The translations under genes and the position numbers were made by a program. Below, piece by piece: positions 13,788-26,690 of a stretch of DNA of 64,000 bases (positions within the stretch are counted from its first letter, which is position 1; each line of letters opens with the position of its first letter). Under the pieces are notes generated by a model that ran no database searches, was not told where the DNA came from, and saw nothing but the letters and a program-made list of their open reading frames with translations. The DNA lies in contig OZ287087.1 in the NCBI GenBank assembly GCA_965645245.1, positions 1,426,001 to 1,490,000 of the forward strand, read 5' to 3'. The DNA is from Massalongia carnosa. Lineage: Eukaryota.

Positions 13788-15528
13788 ACGAATGAGAGCT
13801 TGGAAACTCATGCCAAGTTTTTCAAGAATGAGCCATATCGAGAAGAAGAAGCAGCGGAATCCCAATGGGTACATAGAGCTCACGCCCGATTGGCTTATCC
13901 TTCATATCGATATGAATCTGAGGAGCAAATAAAAGCTAATGTATGAATGCAGGGAATTTGTTCAAGCCATAAAAGATTGAAAGGGTAAGAAGACGGAGAA
14001 ACCACAAAGCACAGCTATTCAGAAATCTGGAGCCGATAATTTCTCACACATCATAGCACCATTATGACATTTAACTCTCGCGAGTGCCTCCCTTCTTCTC
14101 AGTAGAGTCGACCGCATGCTTCGAAAAATAGGTCATAACACCTTGGTCAACGATATCAACCGATTTCGAGCAAAAGGCGTGACTGCTCATCATATTATTA
14201 ATCTTGTGAAACGAGAAGGAGACTCTGATGTTACTACTGGTTCAGAAAAACTCAAATATCTGACCTACGGTGCTCCCACCATGAGATACATACTATATCA
14301 AATTCATACTTATGTGTTACCTTATACCATTATGGACAAGCCACGAAAGCTGTTGGTTACAGGAGATGTACCACTCAACGCCTTTTTCTGGGATAGTGTG
14401 TGTAATTTTGCAAACATGGAGACCGAAGTGTTAAACGCTGGATTGACGGATTTAGAGCGCGTGAATCTTGTCAAAAGATTCAACGATCCTAAAGATTCCT
14501 TGTTGATTTTGATAATAATGTATCAGGTGTCGGCACAAGGAGTAAATCTGGATCGATGTTGTCGAGTTTTAGTGGCAACGCCAGCCATCAATGCACCTTC
14601 AGAAATTCAGGCTTGGTCTCGAGTAATTCGGGTATGTTATCTGAAAAGAGCGTGAAATTCCTTCGTACCGATACGAAAGACTAATTGTTGCATTTTCTTG
14701 CAGGTTTCTCAAACCGAACCGGTGTTGGTTGTTCGAGTTGTGACAAAGAACTCACATGATCAATATCGAGACTCCAAGCAAACAGACAAGGCCGTGCTGG
14801 ACTTAGCCACTCGATCCATTTCGTCAGAGGTGCAGATCCTGCTTGTCGACTTATTGAATGAGTCGAATAAATACGTCGAAGAGGCACACGAGAGTCAGAG
14901 AGGACACGAGATTCTGAAGGAAATGAATTTTCTTCCCACAGAAGATTCAAATAATCCGATGAATGTCGAGTTTGACGAGAAGACCGGCGGTAGATTAGCT
15001 ATCACGGTGCAAGATTCAATGGACATTGATCTCGAAAGTACAGTTACGAATCCTGCATCCCGAAAACGTCAGAGACCTGACAGATTCGCAGATACAATGC
15101 TGCAATATGACGAAGAATTCGAGATAACATCGGATGATAGTGATGCTTTTCAAAGTGATGAAGACGGAGATGAGATAACTGCCTTGAAAGATCTTGTTTT
15201 GAAGACGACAACGATCAAGAAGTTGAGATAAAATTACAGCAAACAAACTTCAATCGAGCAGGAGCAATACAATCAAGATGAAATGAACTTGCGACACTTG
15301 TTGAGCTTGTCACCGACAAGAATCTACACTGTTGAGGACTTAAGACGTTGAAATACTTGATCGAGCGTCGAGGCTACTCTTTCATGCTCGGTTTGGTCAA
15401 GATCAGCAATATATGAGGATTAGTCCTCACGTCACTTACGATAAATTACCAAGCAAAGTGTCGAATGCCATCAAAGCTAAATTGCGGGTGGAAGAACAAC
15501 ATGTCAAGCAATGTTTGAGCATACTCAA
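13788..15528 (+). pseudogene. SNF2-like helicase C-terminal domain gene, interrupted by Copia B
   Basis: QGVNLDRCCRVLVATPAINAPSEIQAWSRVIR|VSQTEPVLVVR, across a GT-AG intron at 14632-14703, resembles SNF2 motifs V-VI (GLNL...QA..R..RIGQ..PV). No Walker A or DExH motif seen. Confidence 0.6.
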
Positions 15529-15971
15529 TGTTAGATGTTTATGGGCATCCATGAGCCTCGGGAGGTGCCTTGCAAAGTGCCTAAACAAGCAGATATGGAA
15601 GTCAAGGTCTGACCGTCAGGGTGCCTAAACAAGCAGATATAGGGGACAAGGTCTGACCGTTTAGGCTCCTAGATGTGACTTTTTTGGGCCTGCTATATAA
15701 AGCAGACAAATAGCCCACATAGATAATCACCTTCAATGACAATCATGCTACTATACCTACAAAGTGAATTTATATTTCATAGGTTATGAGCCCGGCTTAC
15801 CTCTGCTATGTCTGAAAAGCCTCCACATTGATTGTCAACCAACTTACCTCCATCCCTCCATCTACTCCATTCTATACTATATATATTCCCTACCTCCTTC
15901 CGCGCCAAAGTCAAAGCATCAGTCCATTCGGGTCACTGCCCTATTCCTCATTTCGTCTTCCTTGTAGCATC

Positions 15972-18900
15972 ATGGCTAAAGGGGAGAGCCTATACACATT
16001 CCCCAAACTGATTCGGAACGGGAACTATACAGTCCCGTGTCAAAAGTTTATGACACTACCCGCGATTTTCGTGATTTCGCGTTTTAACCTACCAACCCAT
16101 CAACTTTGACCTCATCATTTCACCATGCCACGCACTCCGTTGACTTCAATTTCTGGTAATAAGCTTCGTAATATCGAATTGAATCAATGTCAAAGAGGTA
16201 TGATTATTGCAGCCCAGGCTTTGGGGCATGCATCGGCCGAAATTGCAAAGACATTAAATGTGCCTCGAACTACCGTCATTTACACTCTTCAAAAGCACTC
16301 AGAACGCAACAACGAAAAGTCCAAATCGCGATCGGGTCGGCCTGGAATATTCTCGGACCGCGACCGACGTATCATCAAACTTGCACGAATCAATCCACGC
16401 ATCACCTACGCGCAGCTGCGTACGGAGGTTGGGGTGCAATGTAGTCGATCCACTCTCTATCGGACGCTCAAAGACTATGGTCTAACAAACTGGCTGGCTA
16501 AAAAGCGGCCTTTATTGACGCCCGAGGTGGCAAAGAAGAGACTGGACTAGTGCTTGCTTCGGCGTGAGTGGACTTTTGAGCAGTGGTCAAAAATAATATG
16601 GTCAGACGAGTGCTCGGTGGAAAAGGGGTCGGGCAAACAGCGTCAATGGGTGTTCAGATTTCCGGACGAAAAATGGAAAAAACCTATGATACAACCGTAC
16701 GGCAAAGGTAAAGAGGTCAAGGTCATGGTATGGGGGGCTTTTTGGGGGGGGGAAGGTCGGATATCTACAAATTGGCCCGTGATTTCGAGGCAAAGAAGAT
16801 GGGGTACTCCGCGAATTCATATTTGGAATTATTGAACGATAATCTGCTTGGAATTTGGGAACCAGGTCTCATTTTCATGCAGGATAATGCCCCCATTCAC
16901 ACTGCCAAAAAGGTGAAGAAATGGTTCGATGAAAACGGTATAACAGTCATCGATTGGCCCCCTTATTCTCCTGATTTGAATCCCATCGAGTACGTTTGGT
17001 ATGTGCTCAAAAAGCTCGTCTATCAGGTCAATCCGGACATCGACTCGGTGACTGGTAGTGATGATAGGGTCCGCGAGGTACTTTGGAAAGCTTTGGAAGA
17101 AGCATGGGCCTTGATAAATGAGGAAATGCTGAAGAGTTTAGTAGACAGCATGAAAAGGAGGATTGAAGCTTGCATCCAGTCAAAAGGATGGTATACGAAA
17201 TATTAAAAATATATTTCTCAGCCCAATGTGCTTGCTATAATGTATGTAATCATCGTAGGAGGTTTCAAGACATCAAAATAACAACGTGATGGTTGATAAT
17301 TCAAAGCAGTGGGGGGGTAAAAAGTTGATGGTGGGCTGTCGGAAACTTTTGACCTAGTACTGTAAGAAATGGTCCAGAGACATGGCCTTCGCCCTGCAGG
17401 AAGCGGAACTTTGGAGTTATGTTACTGGGGCCCGGAAAATACCTCGAGAGATTCCCTTTCCATCAAAGAGTTCTGATGATGACGAAGTCTCTCTGGAAGA
17501 AACACCGGATCAGCTCGATAAGCGGGATCAACGGGACCTTGAACGACTGGAGTTCGAGGAAAAGCAAAGAAGAGTAGTAGGAAGGATAGGCAAGATGTGC
17601 ACGGACGACGAGCAGCAAGAATTCTTGTCGATGAGGGACCTAGCCAACGGTGAGATCTGGAATCCCAAGGACCTCTGGGAGCATTTGAAGACCTGTTATA
17701 AATTGAAGAACTGGAGTGCTAAGTGGAGCACCTTCAACGGGCTAGAGGAGATCAATTATGAAAAGTGCAAGACCATTGAGGAGTACGGTAGCCTGGTCAC
17801 AGATATCAAGGCTGAGATCACCGACATTTCCCTCTCTGTCGAGCAAATAGTGGTGCTCAAGCTTCTCAACGGACTCGGTAGTTCATTCAGCACCTACCTG
17901 ACCATCCTGAACGAACAGGCTCGGCGGGAGGATAAATTCCCTGTGCTGGATGGACTACTGAAGAGCCTGGAGGACGAGGAAGCTCGCATGCGCCAGGACC
18001 CTGTTGCCATAGCTAACATGCTGAAGGCAAAGAAGAATAAGAACCCCACTGAAGAGGGTAAGAGCAAATGTAAAAATTGTGGTTATAACCACTCCGGGAA
18101 ATGAAGGCATAGCAACGCCACATGTAGGAAATGTGGTAAGACCGGCCACCTGGAACGCGTTTGCGAAGACAAAGGAGGTAATGAAACCTCGAAACCCCAA
18201 ATAGTTTGTACAATAAGGGGATGTTCCGGGAAACGAGCCCAGGATACACCGCTTATTTGTATGGCAAATCTGTACCGAGGCCCCAAGAATGCCCACGATC
18301 TATTGATCGACTCCGGTGCCACCGCGCACATTATATACAATAAAGATCTCTTTCAAGAAGGGACCTTTCGGAGCGAAAATAGCTAATTAAAAACTGGTTC
18401 CGGAGAGGTGTTGTCGACAGAGGGAAAAGGCTCTCTGCTCGTACCACTGGACAATGGAAATAGAGGTGTAACGAACCTCATTTTGACCAACGTCCTTTTC
18501 GCCCCCGACCTAAAATTCAACCTCATTAGCACAATACAACTCGGCAAAAAGGGCATATCAACGTACCTGATGGCGGATGACAAGCCCGCTCAACTGGTGC
18601 ATAAAGGAAAGGTGTTTGGACTGGCCAAAACAATCAATAATCAATATATTTTGCAGACAACCACTATCAGTCCTACCGAAGCACGGGCCCTCACCACCAC
18701 AAACGGTGCAAAGGCCCCTATCCAAACATGGCACGAACGACTCGGCCATCTCAGCTACCCAAACGTCCTCAAATTAAATCATTTAGCCAATGGAGCCACC
18801 ATCGAAGGAACCATACCAGAAGAAGTATGCGGCTCATGCATGATGGGAAGACAACAGCGAAAAATAAATCGCACTCCACGAATCCGAGCAAAAGAATTTC

Positions 18901-21556
18901 TCGGAATAGTGCATAGCGACTTAGGGGGACCATTTCCACTGACAAGGTTCGGTGAGCGTTTTTATGGTACGATCAAAGACGACTTCTCCGGGGTAGTGGA
19001 TCTATCTGCTGAAACTAAAAGGTTAAACCTTCGAATGTTTCAATCAGTTCAAGACATGGATAGAAAATCAATCGGGAAAGAAAATAAAGAGACTCCGAGT
19101 GATGGAGGAGGGGAGTACACCAGTGGTGACTTCCAGGAATTCCTAAAGAGTGAAGGCATTCAGTGGGAGGCCCGGGCACCAAATGTGCCAGAACAGAATG
19201 GGAAGGCCGAAAGGCAAAATTATACCCTCATGGTCCCCACTCGGTCCATGATGAAGGCTAAAAAGCTCCCAAAGTCCCTTTGGGGGGAGGTCCTGAATAC
19301 GGCCGGGTACATCAAGAATAGAAGTCCCGGGGTCGACGAGGTCACTCCATATGAACGCATGAATAATGCGAAACCCTTCCTCGGCCACATGAGAACGGTC
19401 GGGGCAAGGACGTGGGTACATATCCCAAAAGAGAAGCGCAAGAAGCTGGACGATCGGTCCTGGCAGGGGATATTTGTTGGGTATGAAGGAAACAATCAGT
19501 ATCGAATTTACGATCCTCTCACTGGAAAAGTCCATTTTGTCGCGATATCACCGTCTACGAAGGCAATATATATGATTCCAAGGACAAAAGGCCTGGGACC
19601 TAGCCGACATTCCATGGGAGGGAGACGATGATGCTTTGTTTGATGACCCAGATGATTTTGTTGATGAAAACAAAAGTCATAATCCGCCATCTTCGTTGTC
19701 TCCGAAAACTCCGAGCTCTGAAATATCGAGAAGTTCGGAAGTTCAAAATGAAACGGCCCCACCAGCACCACGCATAGTGCTACATCCAATGGGAGTAAAT
19801 GCTTCGGGGGGAGGCCGAGACGAGGAGAATGGGGGGGAGAGTGACTCCGATGAAGTGGAGGATATTCCTCGCCAGCCCATCGAACCTCGAAGATCTGGAC
19901 GAATAAGGGTCCCCAGTCAAAGAGCACTGGAGAACATCCGTCCCAGCATCAACACCGTATTCAGTTCAAACCAGGTCCCGAAATCCCATGAGCACATGGT
20001 GCGGGTGCTAGTAACCCTGGCAGGAGGCGAGGACAATGAGGGCCTCAATGATCCTTTGACACTGAAAGAGGCTATGTCCTCACCCCACTGGGATCAATGG
20101 AGAAAGGCCATGCAGATCGAGTATCAATCGCTAGTGGAGAATGAAAATTGGACACTAGAAAGGGCACCGACTGATCGAAAGGTGATCACCGGTCGCTGGG
20201 TGTTCAAAATAAAGAATGACAGAGATGGGAAAGTACTGAAGTACAAAGCAAGATGGGTAGTTCATGGCTATAACCAAAAGGAAGGCCTGGACTACCTCGA
20301 CACCTTTGCCACAGTAGTAAAACCAGTCTATTATAAGGCATTGATGGGAATCAGTGTAAAGAAGGGACTGACCATTCATCACATGGATGTGGTGACTGCT
20401 TTCCTGGATGGCTTCCTAGATGAAGCCATATATGTCATAAAACCCACCTTGTTCGAAAAAGGGGAGAACAAGGTCTGCTTACTACGAAAGGCCCTATATG
20501 GCCTAAAACAATCCCCTCGTGTATGGTACCAGATCCTGCAGGATTTTCTGCAAAAGATGGTGTTTAAACGAACATATTCAGATCATGGAGTTTTTGTATC
20601 GGACGATATGTTTATAGCGATTTACGTTGACGACCTCCTCATCTTCGGAAAAGATACTTCAAAATTGCAGCAATTGCAACACAAATTGAAGTCCCGTTTC
20701 CGCATGACGGACTTGGGAGAAGTCTCTCATTATCTGGGAATCGAAGTTGACGTCAAGATCGATAAATTGGTTATAACTCTTCGACAAACAGCTTACCTGA
20801 AGGTGCTGCAGCGATTTAATATGATCGACTGCAGGCCCATTTCCACCCCCATGGACCCTGGTGCCGGAAACACACTCATGCCGTCGGAAGACCAAGCAGA
20901 CAAGAAAACAAGTACCTGGTACCAGTCGGTGGTAGGCTCGCTGATGTGGCCCGCCATGCATACACGCCCCGACATCGCTTATGCAGTGGGAGTACTGAGT
21001 CGATATTGTTCGAACCCAGGCCCATTACACTGCAAATATCTTCAGCGCATTATGCGCTATATCTCCAGTACCCTAAATACAGGCCTCGTGTTTAGAAAAG
21101 GAGGATGACATTGTGGGGTACTCGGACTCCGATTATGCTGGAACGAAAAATGGGAGAAAATCGAGCGGGGCCTATACGTTTTTGTTAGCAGGCGCCCCAA
21201 TTTCTCACTGTTCCAAGCTACAACCTACCGTCGCCCTATCCACCTGCGAGGCCGAATATATGGCCCTGACGGAAGCAGCTAAAGAGGCCATTTGGTGCGC
21301 GCGATTTCTGGCCGAGCTAGGATATCGGAAGGACACCCCTGTCCTACTTCGAGGGGACAATCAAGGGTCAATTGCATTGGCTGAAAACCCCGAATTCCAC
21401 CGTCGAACCAAGCACATCGAAATCAAATGGCATTGGATCAGGGTGGTTGAATTGGGAAGGGTAAGCATCAAGTTTATCCCGGTAGCAGATGGGCTTACAA
21501 AGCCACTGGCCGCTAAACCCTTTGAGGACTTTAAGTCAATGCTTGGCATGGGCTAA
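15972..21556 (+). pseudogene. Copia B gag-pol, disrupted (interrupted by a Tc1 element)
   Basis: Gag MAKGES...NY|KKWSRDMAFAL; CRKCGKTGHLERVC; LIDSGATAH; WHERLGH; SDGGGEY; YKARWV; YVDDLL; YSDSDYAG; RRTKHIE. Frameshifts and stops present. Confidence 0.93.
16030..17362 (+). mobile_element. Tc1-like DD34E DNA transposon with TA target duplication
   Basis: Ends TA|CAGTCCCGTGTCAAAAGTTT...AAACTTTTGACCTAGTACTG|TA. Transposase at 16125-17206 has HTH, WSDE, QDNAPIH and SPDLNPIE, with one stop and one frameshift. Removing the element plus one TA restores the gag frame. Confidence 0.95.
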
Positions 21557-21650
21557 ACCCAAGAGGCAAAAATATCCGGATAGCCTCAAGATGGCTGAAT
21601 GGGAGTGTTAGATGGGCATCCATCATGAGCCTCGGGAGGTGCCTTGCAAA

Positions 21651-21958
21651 GTGCCTAAACAAGCAGATATGGGAGTCAAGGTCTGATCGTCAGGGTGCCT
21701 AAACAAGCAGATATGGGAGCCAAGGTCTGACCGTCAGGGTGCCTAAACAAGCAGATATGGGAGCCAAGGTCTGACCGTCAGGGTGCCTAAACAAGCAGAT
21801 ATGGGAGCCAAGGTCTGACCGTCAGGGTGCCTAAACAAGCAGATATGGGAGCCAAGGTCTGACCGTCAGGGTGCCTAAACAAGCAGATATGGGAGCCAAG
21901 GTCTGACCGTCAGGGTGCCTAAACAAGCAGATATGGGGGGACAAGGTGTGACCGTTTA
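21651..21958 (+). repeat. Tandem 44-bp repeat x7 inside the 3' LTR of Copia B
   Basis: Unit GTGCCTAAACAAGCAGATATGGGAGCCAAGGTCTGACCGTCAGG starts at 21651, 21695, 21739, 21783, 21827, 21871 and 21915 (last copy variant). Only 2 units in the 5' LTR. Confidence 0.97.
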
Positions 21959-22187
21959 TGCTCCTAGATGTGACTGTTTTGTGACTGCTATATAAAGCAG
22001 ACAAATAGCCCACATAGATAATTACCTTCAATGCCAATCATGCTATTATACCTACAAATTGAATATATAATTTCATACTCAATGCTGCTGAAGTTTTGTG
22101 AGAGTTCTTCCCATTCTGCTGACAATGATGATGCAACCCCAGCTAGCAGACGATAGAGAACCTAGAGTCATGCCAAAGCAGACTCTC

Positions 22188-22262
22188 TTGGAGAAGGCCG
22201 TTTCCGAGAAGGCCATTTCCGAGAAGAACTTCTCCGAGAAGGACGTTTCCGAGAAGGCCGTT
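22188..22262 (+). repeat. 15-bp tandem repeat, about 5 copies (EKAVS-like if coding)
   Basis: GAGAAGGCCGTTTCC variants in tandem. Confidence 0.8.
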
Positions 22263-23609
22263 TTAGAAATCTCCTCTGGAATCTCCTCAGGCGAGAAGGG
22301 TTTGTCGGGTCAGAACAGCTGAGTTTTGCCGACACTCTTCATCATAAATTCGGTGATTGATCTATCGCATTCAAACTTGTATGAAAGAACTGAGACTAAT
22401 TTATTTATTGCGTCAGGCTGCCCTTTCTTCTACATGGTCGCTTAGTACGTTGTGTTCTCTGCGCATATTGCAATTCAAGCTAACAGTCTTATTCTTCAGG
22501 TCCTCAAGGCACGTCTCTTATCTGCCTTTTATCATCGATTTCATAACATTTTGTGAGAGGAGGTACGGGAATGACTCGATGGAGCCATTCAAGACTAGAT
22601 CGTGCGAGACAGCAACGAGAACGGGAAACATGGCATGAGGATGATAGCATTCATAGAGCTGTAAATTAGAAGCTGTCACTAAATCAATAACTTGTTTCCC
22701 TAATCATCATTTGGGCGAATACAGCATGTGAACCCGAATACAACTCAGCTGTAACGAGGTTGCATGGATGTGATATCTCTTTTATAGGATTGTTTTCTGA
22801 TCGTTTTATCCGGAATACGATCTTGAAGGTCTTGAGATCTTGTCAAAACTAAGACGATCTTTAAATCATTGTCAGATGCTCTTTAATGGAAAGCACTTGT
22901 TCATACCAATATGAATTTTTACTGAGATATAACCTTTTCAAGACTATCGTATTTCTCAAATGATATCAGACTTTATATGATCTGCAGATATTTCTCACCT
23001 AACACAAGCTGAATTTTAAGCTATCTTACACGTGCAGGACAATATTGAATCATCTCAATCAGGAAAGCGCTCAAAAAAACAGGAACATTCAGGTGTACCT
23101 AGTTTAGCGAAGACATGTCCGGGATCTTGAGACCATCTATCTCAAGACCATGTCCGAATACCCCAACCGCCCTTAAGGATATACAGAGTGACAGGGCTGA
23201 GGCCAAGCTCACTTAGTAATGACCGCTTTGACAGCAATTCATCAGGTATTAGGCCTAAAGATATGAGAAAGGAATTCCACTGAAGGAGAAAATCTTCATC
23301 AAGGGGATTGTGTCGGCCAATTTAGTGGCCAAGCAGTAAGCGATACATCGATTCTCGTACACCGCATATCTTCACCGAATGGTGTTCATTATCTGCTGCA
23401 AAAAGTCTATTCATGTAAGTCGGGTACAGCAATTGCTGTGTACCCATTACCTACCCCCGAGCCCATCCGAAAGAAGGGTGTATCAAGATGACATCAAGCA
23501 TTTTCTCGTACTGGTGGTGCTTTCGCATCAAAGTTCTCTCGATCAATAAGATCTAAGGCAGTGCTTTTTCGTCGTCGAGAATCTACAGAAAACGGGAAGG
23601 CGGAGATGC

Positions 23610-25990
23610 TCGTTGTCTGTGTGTCGGGTAGGAGCCGGTGTGTTTCCGCTAGATAGGTTATTTTCGAACCAATGATGGATTCTATAACTTTACTGAGCGT
23701 GTTGAGCAGTGCAATTGGTCGGTAGGCTTTCGGCGTGGTATAGTCTCCTTTGCCTATTTTTTTCAGCGCTATTGTGTTTGCTATTTTGAAGGCCCGCGGG
23801 TGGTACGAGTGTGTGACGCACGCCTGAAACAGAGGTATTAGTAGTTCGACAAGTTTTTCGCTGCATGCTTTGAGTATTCTGTTAGATATGCCGTCTGGGC
23901 CCGGTGCCATATCGGACTTGAGCCGGCTCAGGGCCGTCGATACTTCTGACTTGGTGATGATTATTGGGCAGTGCGGCGATATAGGATAGAAGGATCCTTC
24001 TATGTCGCTTAGGTCGGCCGGTGGTGGTGCGGGAAAGAAGACACCTTTCAGCATTTCGGCTTTTTGGTCAAACGTGTCTGCTGCTTGGTCATTGAATTTT
24101 AGCATCGGCATTTTGGATACTTCTCTAGATAGATAACTTTTGTCTTTGGCCCATTTCGCTAGCCGCCATTGTCCCTGAGGCGTTTCGGTGGCCTTACTGA
24201 TTTCTTGACGAAAGTATGTTCTCTTTGCCTTCTGAAAGATTTTCTGTTTTTTATCATTGGATTTCATATAGTTAGACCAGTCCGTTAGGTCTAACGTGCT
24301 GGACCATATGCGGCGTATTTTCCTTGTGGCTTTGGTGGCAATGCTGCATTCTTCTATCCAGCATAGCTTAGCATATTCGCAAGATTTTGCCCATGGAACT
24401 GCTTCGTTGATGACATTGTGTAGAAATTTTTGTATCGATTCCGTGTACGTATCAATCTCGGCAGTGGTGCGGGGAGACTCTGGTATAGGGGCGTGTCGTT
24501 CGACCTCTCTTAATTTTTCTAGGTTTAGAAGTTTCTATGCTCTGCGTTTGATTTTCGATTGCGGCTCGTTTCCGAGTAGGATGCGGGTTGATATCCGTAC
24601 GTGATCGGACGATTGATTCAATTCTGGTCTTGACATGCAGTGTTCGAGTCTTTCGACAAGATATTCTGACATGAAAACCAAATCTATCGTGCTAGACGTG
24701 TTTCTTGCTTCCCATGTTAAGGTGCCTTTCGGCAGTGTCAACGAAAGATTATGATCATCGATTATTTCTAGTAATTGATAAGCAGCAGCGTGTTGTGTAG
24801 GTCTTGAGGGACCATTCCATAAGGGATAATGCAGGTTGAAATCTCCAAGTAGTATGTGATGCGCATCGGCGGTAAGCATGCTCCGAGCCGCCGGTAAGGT
24901 CGTGGGACTGTCAGTGGATGAATAGGAGGCGGGAGATAGGTTATACATATTATGGACATGAATGTTTCCATAACGCCTTCGGTGTAGGTCTTTATTTTCA
25001 AAATGCACATGTCGGCCGAGGTGAATTCCAACTCCCAGCTGTCATTATCTATTAGGTCGTTGACATAAAAGCACACTCTGGTATCACTTCCTGGGCGGTA
25101 TAGGAGATAAAAGCCGCTTTGATGAGAACTAAGCGATGTGGGGGCGGATGGATTGCGCCACGCTTCCTGTATTGCAATAATATCATAGTCCTGGGTGTTT
25201 GTGTCTGCTAAGAGGGGTATCATAGTACTCACTCTGTCATTTCTGACATTATATTGCAATATAGAGAGGGATTTTGTGTCCCTCATAGGATTTCTATCGT
25301 TTCGGCCGCTGGATTCGATGTGACCTGAGTTCCTGCCGTTAATGATACGGAATCTGCACGAGGCCTACCCAGCACTGGTTATGTTAAGGCCTTTACTATA
25401 TTTTCAGGATTCATGATGCCTATATTAGCCCAGGTGGGTGTGTCATCTCCCCGATGAGGGCCCGGGGGTGTGCCGGATGAGGGCGTAGCGTTGTGTATTT
25501 TTCTTCTCTTGCCGTTTACTATCTTCCACGTTGACGGAATTTCGTCCGTTTGTGTGACTGTGGGTGTCGACTCTCGTTGAAGTTGAAATTGAAATGAGGG
25601 CGGTTGTAATTCGATTGCATATAGGGGGGCGCGGTTTTGCATTGCTATTTCAGTTTTTCGCTTTTCAGCTTTTCAGACTTTGCATGCTGTAGACCATGCT
25701 TCGTGTCCCTTCTCTCCGCATACGGCGCAACGGCGGTATTGCCCCGTTGTTTCCAGATTGCATTCTTTGCTTTAATGTCCACCGGCGCAGTGACTACAGG
25801 CGGCGGGATTGCGGCATGATCTACCGATGAGTCCGTATTTTTGGCAATTGAAGCATTAAGTCATGGTGCAACCACAGTGTAAAGCGCTCGCAGTCCTTTA
25901 TTTCGTAGCTTTCCATTAGGCCCTCGATGATGAGCCTGTTAGCCATCTCGGCGGTAGCGACATCTATATGAGGTGTCGAGTACGCTTTTT
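23610..25990 (-). mobile_element. Tad1-like LINE fragment (end of ORF1, AP endonuclease, start of RT)
   Basis: ILQYNV, IIAIQE, LLGDFNLH, STIDLVF and SDH (APE); APGPDGI, YRPIALLNTLSKVIE and LLPDTQ (RT), then an abrupt break. Confidence 0.9.
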
Positions 25991-26092
25991 TCTCTCTGAT
26001 GGCCTTGATTGACCAGGTTACTTTAACGATCTACAGGTTAGGATGCAGGCGTGCAATAATGTATATGATTCTGATGTATCAAATAAAGAATT

Positions 26093-26690
26093 TGAGCAAA
26101 AAACGGCTGAAAATACACACGCAGCTAAAAAAGGCAGAAAGCGCTCTAACAACTCAAATCCGCACTGGCAAGATCGGGTTAGCTGACTTCCTCTACAAGT
26201 GACGGGTGCCCTCCGTCACCTCACCGGCCTGCTCATGTGGCTGGCACAGACAAACTCCAGAACATGTAATCATGTTCTGCAGACTTATTGACAATAGAGA
26301 ACAGATGTTTCGCGCCGCCGGCACGAGCGACTATCAGCAGCTGACCAAATCATCAAAAACTCTGAAGATACTTACTGCTTGGCTAATGAAAACAGGCTTA
26401 TTGAATCAATTCTCACTAGCATCAACATTATTGTAAAATCAACAATAGTTGAACCTTTCTTTCTTTCTTCTCTTTTCACAATGCATTACAGTTCCCACAC
26501 GTCTTTTGCACTGCGTCTCCCGCCCGACGTCGACCCGTAGTCACATCTGACGGGTATCAAGGGACATGGTTTTTACACCTGTGAAAGGTTTTCCATGTAA
26601 CATAACTTAGATAGCTTTGCCCGCATGGGCCGGCCTACGGCCGGTGTCATATCGGAATATGAATACATCATTATCATCATCATCATCATC
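26093..26690 (+). mobile_element. 5'-truncated Tad1-like LINE 3' end with (ATC)n tail and TSD
   Basis: QIRTGKIGL...CSCGWHRQTPEHVIMFC (C-terminal CCHC); tail of CAT repeats; flanking direct repeat ATCAAATAAAGAATT at 26078-26092 and 26691-26705. Confidence 0.9.

Larger units (their letters stand above)
15529..22077 (+). mobile_element. Full-length Ty1/Copia retrotransposon B with perfect 5-bp TSD CTCAA
   Basis: 5' LTR 15529-15781 and 3' LTR 21606-22077. TSD at 15524-15528 and 22078-22082. PBS GGTTATGAGCCC at 15782-15793; PPT-like GAATGGGAG before the 3' LTR. Confidence 0.95.

Noticed and set aside
21651..21958. CRISPR-like array
   Set aside because: Units are contiguous with no unique spacers, lie inside an LTR, and there are no cas genes; the context is eukaryotic.
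23610..26690. Single LINE with a 5' inversion (twin priming)
   Set aside because: The plus-strand 3' piece has its own TSD on both sides, so it is an independent insertion.
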